Assembly: GCA_964016885.1 (NCBI GenBank)
Contig: OZ024741.1
Location: 388,430,001 to 388,494,000, forward strand
Source: Eledone cirrhosa
Taxonomy: Eukaryota
Direction of reading: 5' to 3'
DNA: 64,000 nucleotides
A program made the translations under genes and the position numbers. Positions 1 to 12,243 of this stretch are shown one piece after another (the first letter of the stretch is position 1; each line of letters begins with the position of its first letter). Under the pieces are notes generated by a model, which had not been told where the DNA came from, ran no database searches, and saw nothing but the letters and a program-made list of their open reading frames with translations.

Positions 1-238
1 CTGGGGATGGATTCAACACATGGTGAAAACTGAATCCTAGAATATCCGAGCATGAATCCAATGGAGCTCATGTTCAGAATTTCACACACTGGAAGGAATT
101 GAGAATTAGGATTGCTCGTGGAGCAACAATTGATAAAAAGAATAAGAAGTTGTTGAAAGCCTTGTGAAAAGATTGCTTGATATTATCAGGTTCTTAGCTA
201 AACAGAATTTGGCTTTACAAGGCTACCGAGAAGAATTA

Positions 239-2593
239 CACTGGTCAACAAAATAAAATGTATATACTCATTATGAATGTAAGCCAACTTTTTTAGACTA
301 ATTTTTCATGCTGATTTCAAAATTTCACTCCATTTATATGCAGCACGTTCCAGCTTTTCAGTAGATACATGCAAATATTTACATATTTGTATATATGAAA
401 TCATTAACATAATAAATAAGGACATATTATTTTTAGAAAGTAAATGAGTTTATTGAGTTAAAAATCATCACTATCATTCTACAAAGAGTGAATACACAAA
501 AAATGGGTCAGACAAAACAAAGTCAGAACAACAGAGTTAGAAACATTGTGATTTTGATTTCCTATGGTGTTCCTGATCTGGTTGATCATGGTAAAGTGTC
601 CAGCAGTAGTCAGCCAGCATACTGTCATTCCAGAAGCCTTGGTACCGTTTCTCCATAGCACTAATGTCCTGGTGAAATCTTTCACCATATTCATCAGACA
701 CTGCTCTGCTCCAAGGTTATCTGCAAAGAAATCCAGATGGGAGTCCAAGAAGTGAACTTTCAGTGACATGCGACAACCCATTGCTGAGTAACATTTCAGA
801 AGATTCTTGATACCATCCTTGTAGTCCATTGCCTTCTTGTTGCCCAAGAAATTTTCACAGATTCAATTGAAAGCATTCCAGGCAGGCAGTTCCAGTTCAT
901 CCAGTGTTGTCTTGCAGTTGACATCTTTGAGTACTTCTCTAATTTGGGGTCCAACAAAAATACTCTCTTTCAACTTTGCTTGTGTGATTTTGGGAAACTT
1001 TTCTACAATATACTTAAATCCTCTGGCATTTCTCTTCCCTAGTCTCTTTACAAACTGTTTCATCAGTCCAAGCTTTATGTGCAATGGAGGCAATAAGATA
1101 TTACATGGATCTACAAGAGGTGTATTCTTGATGCTAGACAGTCCTGGCTGGTATGATGTTCTTGTCTGCCAGTTTGATTCCAAATAATGTCTGTCAGTTG
1201 CCCAACTATCCCATAGACACAAGAAGCAGCATTATTTTGTGAAACCTGATTGCATTCCCATTAACATTCCAATGACTTTTAAATCTCCACACATTTTCCA
1301 TGAGTATCTTTCATAGGCAATGGCATGAAGTAAAAGTTCCATATTTTCATAGGATTCATGAAGATGAATGGAGTGTGCAATAGGAATGGAGGGCTTCAAA
1401 TTACCATTATGGAAAATTACAGCTTTTAAACTTCGTTTTGTAGAGTCAATAAACAAACACAACTCTGCAGGATCATGATTTTGTGATACACATTCGAAAA
1501 GTCCATTGATGTTACTGCAAAATCAAAGTGGGCCTTCAACAGAAAAACATGTTTGTAGAACCACATTTCTCTGCCAAAAATAAGTTATACAAACACCGTG
1601 CTCTAGCAGATACTACTCCTTCAGTCTTGATGCCAACAGTCTGCTTTATCTTTTGAGAGGGATAGGTCTCTGACAAGGTCATTCAGTTCAGCTTGGGAAA
1701 ATATCTGAGGTTCAAAGCTATCGTCATAAGCCACGTAATCTTCCTCAGCAGCACTATCGGGACTGTCAGCATCATCTGATGTTTCAATACCATCATTTGG
1801 TGGAACTGGAATTGGCAGACTTCCATTGTGAGGCACAGGTCTCATTGCAGGATCCAAATTGGGATACACAATTTTGTGTTTATTCTTCATAGAAAATCCT
1901 GTGACATTTACTTTGCAAAAATAACAGTCATTGAAATGGTCTTTCGGCTCCCTCCATATCATTGGAATGGCAAAAGGCATGGACTTCCTCTTCTTATTGA
2001 ACCAGTCACGTAAGCCATTTGAGCAAGCTGAGCAGATAAAATGTGGTGCCCATAACTTGACCTGATCTCCAAGAGGACAGACAAAGTATAGCTTATAAAA
2101 CTTCTTGGTCTCTGGTGTTATTGTACGTTTTTGAGCTTTCACAATAAACTGTCCACAGACAACAAAATACATCAGGACGATTTCTACACTGTCTTGACAT
2201 TGTTAACACTGTAAAACAAATAAGGAAATAGATACAAACAGTTATACTTATATTGAATTTAAGACGATGAAATATTTCATCAGACCAATTATGACTGGAC
2301 AATTTGAGATGTTGCAATACCTATTTCATCAGACAAAACTTGATTGGTTAATTTAAGATGATGAAATATTGCAGCTGAACTATGCAGCAATGAATAATGT
2401 AGTTTATTCTAAAGGTATGTTTCCATGATGTAAATGAAATACATGCATACACATCATTAATTGGAATTTCTATATAATGCATGAGCTAAAACCAAAAAAC
2501 TTTCTCATCTTGAAAACTGTACGTGATGTCAAAAAACTAATTGTATATTTGAAATCAGCATTAAAAACTAGACTAAGTACTTGTTGACCAGTG
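239..2593 (-). mobile_element. Full-length Chapaev3-like (CMC superfamily) DNA transposon nested in the hAT
   Basis: Perfect 13-bp TIRs CACTGGTCAACAA (239-251) and TTGTTGACCAGTG (2581-2593). TTA target duplication at 236-238 and 2594-2596. Subterminal inverted repeat ATGCTGATTTCAAA on both sides. CAC termini with a TWA TSD match Chapaev3; the family assignment is from memory. Confidence 0.85.
530..2200 (-). pseudogene. Frameshifted transposase of the Chapaev3-like element
   Basis: Collinear fragments: MSRQCRNRPDVF.., LGDQVKLWAPHFICSAC..MPFAIPMIWREPKDHFNDCYFC, LFIDSTKRSLKAVIFHNGN..CGDLKVIGMLMGMQSGFTK, LLPPLHIKLGLMKQFVK, MSLKVHFLDSHLDFF, HGERFHQDISAMEKRYQG. Confidence 0.85.
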
Positions 2594-2630
2594 TTATGAG
2601 AGAAACAAGACTGATGTTGAACCTGAAGCA

Positions 2631-4225
2631 ATGGAAAATAGAGGACATTTTTTAGAGCTTATTCATTTGTTGGTGAAATATGATCCAGTGCTACGTGAAC
2701 ATCTTCTAAAAATCCAGCTGGGAAACAAGTTTGCTACTTCCTATCTGTCTCCTACTATTCAGAATGAGTTTATAGAACTTTGGTTAGAAAACCTTAGAAG
2801 TAAAATCATCAAGCAAGTAAAAGAAGCCAAGTACATTTCCATGATATTCAACAACACTCCTGATATTTCACATAAAAATCAAATGAGCCAGGTTTTACGC
2901 TATGTTATGATCAATGGAGATAAAGTGACGGTTCTGGATTCATTTGTTGATTTCCTTGAAACAAAAGGTAAAACAACCGAGAATATTTCAATGATGATTT
3001 TTGAAAAATTAGAGAAAGACAGAATTGATATTCAAAATTGTAGAGAGCAAGCATACGTTAATGCTGCAGTGATGGCTGGTCTATATACTGGTGTTCAGAA
3101 ATGTATAAAAGAAATTAGTAAAAAAGCAGAATTTGTCGCTTGTACAAATCACTCCCTGAATTTGGCGGGTGTTCATGCAGCTTCTGTTGGAAGTGTGGGA
3201 TGTTTGTTTGTAATTTTTTCCTCATCTACCCATCGCTGGGATGTTCTAACTTGAGTCACTGGTCAGTGTCAAGCGTATAAAAGAAAGTTGGTGGAATGCA
3301 AGGGGGGGGGAGATGTAAGTGTTGTAAAGAAACATTTCTTAAAAATCTTAAGTGTCCTAGTGAAGAAGAAAATACAGTGAACTGGTGAAGAAGAAAATAC
3401 AGCTACAAGGACAGATGTTGGTGTTCTACTTGGTATGTTGCAATCATTTTACTTTTTGTGCTTTCTTGGCTTGTGGGAACCCGTCCTTCTAGAAATTAAC
3501 GACACACAGTGATATAAAACTCAGGGCATTAGAAACATTTCTCAAAAACCTTAAATGCCCTAGAAAAGTTAACTGGCTTTTTTCTTGGTATGTTGCAATC
3601 ATTTTACTTTTTGTGCTTTCTTGGCCTGTGGAGACACGTCCTTTCTAGAAATTAATGACACACAGACTTCCCTCCAAACCAAAGGATTGAACATACAACA
3701 ATGTGATATAAAACTCAGGGCATTAGAAACATTTCTAGCTGAAAAAAGGGACAAGTAATGAAGTTAAATGTGCGAAAGAAATTTGCAATTATCTGGGGAT
3801 AGTCATGGAGTGTCAGCGTTTACCCAAAAAGAAGAAACAAATGTTTGGTAAAGGATTACAAGATGTTAAATTGCTATACGACATTGAATTGAGGAGAGAA
3901 ATGTTTTCTTCCCTGGACAGAGTGATCCAAGAAATAACTTTAAGATTTCAACAGCTTCATGAAGTTGCTGAGAAATATGTCTTCCTTACCCAATTGAATC
4001 TTTTTGATGATAAATATGAGTCACAATTGCTGTTAGTGTTGCTACCTATGAGAAGAGTTTTTCAAGACTAAAACTTATCAAGAATTCCTTAAGATCTACT
4101 ATGAGCACCTTGCAGTTGAGAAATATTACCATATTGTCTATAGAACGACAATTGAGACATGAAATAGTTTCTGACAATGTCATTGAAGAATTTGCCAACA
4201 AAAAAAGCAAGAAAAGTTACTTTGA
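2631..4225 (+). pseudogene. hAT transposase remnant (ORFs 2631-3254, 3805-4071, 4101-)
   Basis: hAT motifs as above, split over several frames, with an internal duplication at about 3429-3737. Confidence 0.8.
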
Positions 4226-4482
4226 AGAAAGTTATAGTTTTCATTTCAGAAATAAAGATGGTCCTCGTTTTTTACATTTTTATTTTCCCTTTTTATGTCA
4301 TTTTTGCTTTTTGTTTAACTGTTACTTATAAAATTTGAGTTTGTTTGGTGTGTATTTAAAGTATACATTTCAGTATGTGAAAATAATATTATAATTGTAC
4401 ACAGAGTAGTTAATATATATATGTAACTTTAAGAGTGAGTCATTGTGCAATATGTATTTGTTGTGGGGCCTGCTGGTGGAAA

Positions 4483-4520
4483 GGGGGGTGGGGGGTGGGG
4501 GTGGGGGTGGGGGTGGGGGG
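4483..4520 (+). repeat. (GGGGGT)n G-tract
   Basis: About 6 consecutive runs of five or more G separated by single T. Confidence 0.9.
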
Positions 4521-4679
4521 TTGCAGGTGCAAAGAGCTGCCCCGGGCAGCACACACTCTAACTATGCCACTGGGTAAGTCTTTAAACTTGGTCACATCAA
4601 CAATTAGAAAAATACAGTCAAAATACCAGCTTCTGTTGGTTTCAACGATAAGTGTTCCAGTTGTTTGATTAACAGTACA

Positions 4680-4950
4680 GCCTACTTGTGAAATTAATGT
4701 GCAAGTGGCTGAGCATTTCACAGACACTTGTACCCCTAATGTATTTCAGCATGACACTGCATGTGACAGGTCTAGTTCTGAATCACAAGTACAATCCCTC
4801 TGATAGGCTTTCAAACAGTTTTTATTGGGCCAATTTTACTTAGAAGGTATGGATTTAGTTGAGCTTACGGTAAACGATACTTGTCCAACATACAGTTAGT
4901 TGTATCGAACCCAACACCTAATGATTGTGAAGCAATCTCCTTAACCCTTT
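4680..4950. mobile_element. Degraded interspersed repeat and minus-strand tRNA-SINE fragments
   Basis: TGAAATTAATGTGCAAGTGGCTGAGCA..GACAC resembles a common octopus repeat. ATCGAACCC at about 4904 reads as a B-box (GGGTTCGAT) on the minus strand. Recognition from memory only. Confidence 0.4.
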
Positions 4951-5299
4951 AACCTGCACCATGCTACAATCACTCCATTGTTATCAACAATGAAGTTGAC
5001 TTGTTCAAGGAGTAAATTTCCAAAAAAAAATGTAAGGTTTGCTGGACAATGAAATGCAATTCAACATGTCGCTATGTCAACTTATTATGCAAAACTAAAG
5101 AACATCTCCAGGCATTTACAATAAGAAGGAAATAACTCAGAAGCTTTAGTAGCAAGTCAACCAGCAGAAGTTGGTTTTGAAAATTCAAACAATGGCATAA
5201 CCTACACAATTTTATCTTGTGTAACTGTAAATACAGATGTCCAAGTAGCCAAGAAATTTCACTGAGTTCTTAAAAGTATTACTACATATGCAGTGTAAA

Positions 5300-5670
5300 T
5301 TAGTTGGTAGCAGCTGTTATCTAGGTGACATAATTAGCAGCGGAGAAGGGTGCTCTGAGAGCATAATAGCTAGAATAAGGATAGGATGGAAGCAGTTTAG
5401 AGGGCTTACTCTCATTGTTGACAACAAAAGGTTTCTCCCCTCCCTATGTACAAAAGGATGGCTGTATAACGATTATGTGCAAAGTGTGATGCTGCATGGT
5501 AGTGAAAGATGGGCAGTGACTGCAGAGGACATGTGTAGGCAGGAGAGGAATGAAGCAGCCATGCTTTGTTGGATGTGTAATATAAGTGTGAGAGAAAGGC
5601 AGAGCTTGGATGAAGTGAGGGAGAAACTGGGTTTAAGAGGAATCCAAGATGGTGTGCAGAAGAGAAGACT
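5300..5670 (+). mobile_element. RTE-clade LINE, ORF2 C-terminal fragment
   Basis: YLGDIISS..RIRIGWKQF..VMLHGSERWAV..ERNEAAMLCWMCNISVRERQS..VREKLGLRGIQDGVQKRRL, truncated before the RW(Y/F)GH motif. Confidence 0.8.
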
Positions 5671-5717
5671 GCCAGATTTAAATTTCTCAAGATGGCACCC
5701 GTACAACTTCAAAATCT

Positions 5718-5747
5718 ACCGATAGATAAGAGCTCTTATCTATCGGT
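5718..5747. repeat. Perfect 30-bp palindrome
   Basis: ACCGATAGATAAGAG|CTCTTATCTATCGGT, no spacer and no mismatch. Confidence 0.95.
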
Positions 5748-5904
5748 CATATATGTAGCGACGTGGTTAGTCGGTCTGGTCACTACTTCTGATTGGATCC
5801 TAGAATAACCCTTAAAAGGACTGTATCAAATCTCAATACTTTTCCTCCTCTTTCTCACCTTCTTTCTCTTTGGCTCTCATCTACTCAAATTTTAAGACAA
5901 CTTC

Positions 5905-6452
5905 CATCTCTCTCTCTCTCGTCATCCTACACCCTCTCTCTCATCCACTCACTCTCCTGCTCCCTCCCCTATCTTACCCCCCCTCTCATTCACTCTCACT
6001 TCTCCCCCCTATCTTACTCCACCCCTCTCTCATCCACTCTCTCTCCTCCTCCATCCCTCTATCTTACTCCCCCGCTCTCTCATCCACTCTCTCTCCTCCT
6101 CCCTCCCCTTATCTTACTCCCCCTCTATCATTCACTCCCTCTCTCCTCCCTCCCCCTATCTTACTCCCCCCTCTCTCATCCACTCTCTCTTCTCCACTCT
6201 CTCTGCTCCTCCCTCCCCCTATCTTACTCCCCCATCTCTCATCCACTCTCTCTTCTCCACTCTCTCTGCTCCTCCCTCCCCCCAACTTACTCACCCCTCT
6301 CTCATCCACTCTCTCTCCTCCTCCCTCCTCCTATCCTGCTCCCCCCTCTCTCATTCACTCTCTCTATCATCCATCCCCCTATCTTACTCCCCCTCTCTCA
6401 TCCACTCTCTCCCCCCCTATCCTACTCCCTCTCTCTCATTCACTCTCATTTC
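5905..6452 (+). repeat. C/T-rich degenerate minisatellite (about 45-60-bp unit)
   Basis: Recurring CCCCTATCTTACTCCCCCCTCTCTCATCCACTCTCTC; very few G. Confidence 0.9.
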
Positions 6453-6502
6453 TAGTTCTTCTTCATTGTTTTATCAAACCAACAATTACACATATGACTG
6501 TC

Positions 6503-9500
6503 AACATACAGCACACACACAGATACATACTGACACACACACACCACACATACAGATACACACTGACACACACACACCACACACACAGATACACACTGAC
6601 ACACACACACCACACACACAGATACACACTGATACACATACACCACACACACAGATACACACTGACACACATACACCACACACAGATACACACTGACACA
6701 CATACACCACACACACAGATACATACTGACACACACACACCACACACACAGATACATACTGACACACACTGACACACATACACCACACACACAGATACAC
6801 ACTGACACACATACACCACACACACAGATACACACTGACACACATACACCACACACTCAGATACACACTGACACACATACACCACACACACAGATACACA
6901 CTGACACACATACACCACACACACAGATACACACTGACACACATACACCAGACACACAGATACACACTGACACACATACACCACACACACAGATACATAC
7001 TGACACACACACACCACACACACAGATACACACTGATACACATACACCACACACACAGATACACACTGACACACATACACCACACACACAGATACACACT
7101 GACACACATACACCACACACACAGATACATACTGACACACACACACCACACACACAGATACACACTGACACACATACACCACACACACAGATACATACTG
7201 ACACACACACACCACACACACAGATACATACTGACACACACTGACACACATACACCACACACACACAGATAATACTGATACACATACACCACACACACAG
7301 ATACACACTGACACACATACACCACACACACAGATACACACTGACACACATACACCACACACACAGATACACACTGACACACATACACCACACACACAGA
7401 TACACACTGACACACATACACCAGACACACAGATACACACTGACACACATACACCACACACACAGATACATACTGACACACACACACCACACACACAGAT
7501 ACACACTGACACACATACACCACACACACAGATACATACTGACACACACACACCACACACACAGATACATACTGACACACACTGACACACATACACCACA
7601 CACACACAGATAATACTGATACACATACACCACACACACTGACACACACTGACACACATACACCACACACACACAGATACACACTGACACACACTGACAC
7701 ACATACACCACACATACAGATACATACTGACACACACACACCACACACACAGATACATACTGACACACACTGACACACATACACCACACACACAGATACA
7801 CACTGATACACATACACCACACACACAGATACACACCGACACACATACACCACACACAGATACACATTGACACAGATACACCACACATACAGATACACAC
7901 AGATACACATACACCACACACACAGATACACACTGACACACATACACCACACATACAGATACACACTGATACACAAACACCACACACACAGATACACACT
8001 GACACACATACACCACACACACAGACACACACTGACACACAAACACCACACACACAGATACACACTGACTCACACAGATACACACAGATACACACTGACA
8101 CACATACACCACAAACACAGATACACACTGACACACATACACCAAACACACAGATACATACTGACACACATACACCACACATACAGATACACACTGACAC
8201 ACATACACCACAAACACAGATACACACTGACACACATACACCACGCACACAGATACACACTGACACACACACATCTCACACACAGATACATACTGACACA
8301 CATACACCACACACGCAGATACACACAGACACACATACACCACACATACAGATACACACTGATACACAAACACCACACACACAGATACACACTGACACAC
8401 ATACACCACACACACTGACACACACTGACACACAAACACCACACACACAGATACACACTGACTCACACAGATACACACAGATACACACTGACACACATAC
8501 ACCACAAACACAGATACACACTGACACACATACACCAAACACACAGATACATACTGACACACATACACCACACATACAGATACACACTGACACACATACA
8601 CCACAAACACAGATACACACTGACACACATACACCACGCACACAGATACACACTGACACACACGCATCTCACACACAGATACATACTGACACACATACAC
8701 CACACACACAGATACACACTGACACACATACACCACACACACAGATACACGCTGACACACATACACCACACACACAGATACACACTGACACACATACACC
8801 ACACACAGATACACACTGACACACATACACCACACACACAGATACATACTGACACACACACCACACACACACAGATACATACTGACACACACTGACACAC
8901 ATACACCACACACACAGCTACACACTGACACACATACACCACACACACAGATACACACTGATACACATACACCAGACACACAGATACACACTGACACACA
9001 TACACCACACACACAGATACACACTGACACACATACACCACACACACAGATACACACTGATACACATACACCACACACACAGATACACACTGATACACAT
9101 ACACCACACACACAGATACACACTGACACACATACACCACACACAGATACACACTGACACACATACAACACACACACAGATACATACTGACACACACACA
9201 CCACACACACAGATACATACTGACACACACTGACACACATACACCACACACACAGCTACACACTGACACACATACACCACACACACAGATACACACTGAT
9301 ACACATACACCAGACACACAGATACACACTGACACACATACACTACACACACAGATACACACTGACACACATACACCACACACACAGATACATACTGACA
9401 CACATACACCACACACACAGATACACACTGACACCCACTGACACACATACACCACACACACACAGATACACACTGACACACACTGACACACATACACCAC

Positions 9501-11960
9501 ACACACAGATACATACTGACACACACACACCACATACACAGATACATAGTGACACACACTGACACACATACACCACACACACAGATACACACTGACACAC
9601 ATACACCACACACACAGATACACACTGACACACATACACCACACACACAGATACACACTGACACACATACACCACACACACAGATACATGCTGATGCACA
9701 TACACCACACACACAGATACACACTGACACACATACACCACACACACAGATACACACTGACACACATACACCACACACACAGATACATACTGACACACAC
9801 ACACCACACACACAGATACACACAGATACACATACACCACACACACAGATACATAGTGATACACATACACCACACACAGATACACACTGACACACATACA
9901 CCACACACACAGATACATACTGACACACACACACCACACACACAGATACATACTGACACACACTGACACACATACACCACAGACACAGATACACACTGAC
10001 ACACATACACCACACACACAGATACACACTGATACACATACACCAGACACACAGATACACACTGACACACATACACCACACATACAGATACACACTGACA
10101 CACATACACCACACACACAGATACACACTGACACACATACACCACACATACAGATACACACTGACACACATACACCACACACACAGATACATACTGAAAC
10201 ACATACACCACACACACATACATACTGACACACACACACCACACACACAGATACATACTGACACACACACACCACACACACAGATACATACTGACACACA
10301 CTGACACACATACACCACACACACAGATACACACTGACACACATACACCACACACACAGATACACACTGATACACATACACCAGACACACAGATACACAC
10401 TGACACACATACACCACACACACAGATACACACTGACACACATACACCACACACACAGATACACACTGATACACATACACCACACACACAGATACATACT
10501 GACACACATACACCACACACACAGATACACACTGACACACATACACCACACACACAGATACATACTGACACACACACACCACACACACACATACATACTC
10601 ACACACACTGACACACATACACCACACACACAGATACACACTGACACACATACACCACACACACAGATACACACTGATACACATACACCAGACACACAGA
10701 TACACACTGACACACATACACCACACACACAGATACACACTGACACACACTGACACACATACACCACACACACACAGATACACACTGACACACACTGACA
10801 CACATACACCACACACACAGATACACACTGACACACATACACCACACACACAGATACACACTGACACACATACACCACACACACAGATACACACAGACAC
10901 ACATACACCACACACACAGATACATGCTGATGCACATACACCACACACACAGATACACACTGACACACATACACCACACACACAGATACACACTGACACA
11001 CATACACCACACACACAGATACATACTGACACACACACACCACACACACAGATACACACAGATACACATACACCACACACACAGATACACACTGATACAC
11101 ATACACCACACACACAGATACATACTGACACACATACACCACACACACAGCTACACCTTGACACACATACACCACACACACAGATACACACTGACACACA
11201 TACACCACACACACAGATACACACTGACACACATACACCACACACACAGATACATACTGACACACATACACCACACACACAGATACATACTGACACACAC
11301 TGACACACATACACCACACACACAGATACACACTGATACACACTGATACACATACACCACACACACAGATACATACTGACACACATACACCACAAACACA
11401 GATACACACTGATACACACTGATACACATACACCACACACACAGATATATACTGACACACACTGACACACATACACCACACACACAGATACACACTGACA
11501 CACATACACCACACACACAGATACACACTGATACACATACACCACACACACAGATACACACTGACACACATACACCACACACACAGTTCCACACTGATAC
11601 ACACTGACACACATGCACCAAACACACAGATACACACTGACACACATACACCACACACACAGATCCACACTGATACACACTGACACACATACACCAAACA
11701 CACAGATACACACTGATACACACTGATACACATACACCACACACACTGATACACACTGATACACACTGACACACATAACCACACACACAGATACACACCG
11801 ATACACACTGATACACACTGACACACATACACCACACACACTGATACACATTTACACACATACACCACACACACAGATAGACACAGATACACATACACCA
11901 CACACACAGATACACACTGACACACACACAGATACACACTGACAAACACAGACACACACA
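6503..11960 (+). repeat. 33-bp minisatellite, CA-strand arm
   Basis: Consensus CACACATACACCACACACACAGATACACACTGA, roughly 160 units, with 43-bp variants. Confidence 0.97.
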
Positions 11961-11986
11961 CACCACACACACATACGTACTGACAC

Positions 11987-12243
11987 CTACACACACACAC
12001 ACACACACAGATACCGCAACAGACGTACACATACACATCGACAGAGACCCACACACAAACACCACAGACACACACACCACACACACACAAACCACATACA
12101 CACACACACCACACACACAAACACCACATACACACACAATCACCACACACACACACACACACAGACACCACACACATACACACACACACACCACATAGAC
12201 ACACAAACACTACATACACACAAAGAGAAATACACACCACACA
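11987..12243 (+). repeat. Degenerate CA-rich cap, copy 1
   Basis: Contains ACCGCAAC, CATCGACA, AGACCCAC, AAACACTACATACAC and AAAGAGAAATACACACCACACA, also found in this order at 46869-47200. Confidence 0.85.

Larger units (their letters stand above)
1..4572 (+). mobile_element. Decayed hAT-superfamily DNA transposon (DUF4371/ZMYM1-like transposase), 5' part outside window, interrupted at 239-2593
   Basis: Before the insertion: RLLDIIRFLAKQNLALQGYREE. After it: ENRGHFLELIHLLVKYDPVL..YLSPTIQNEFIE..TPDISHKNQMS..FVACTNHSLNL, then dimerisation-type ES(F)SRLKLIKNSLRSTMS..ILSIER. Contains stops and frameshifts. Probable right terminus CTATGCCACTG ends at 4572 (reverse complement CAGTGGCATAG). Confidence 0.85.

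Noticed and set aside
5793-6772. Ser/Leu/Pro-rich ORFs
   Set aside because: Translations of a C/T minisatellite.
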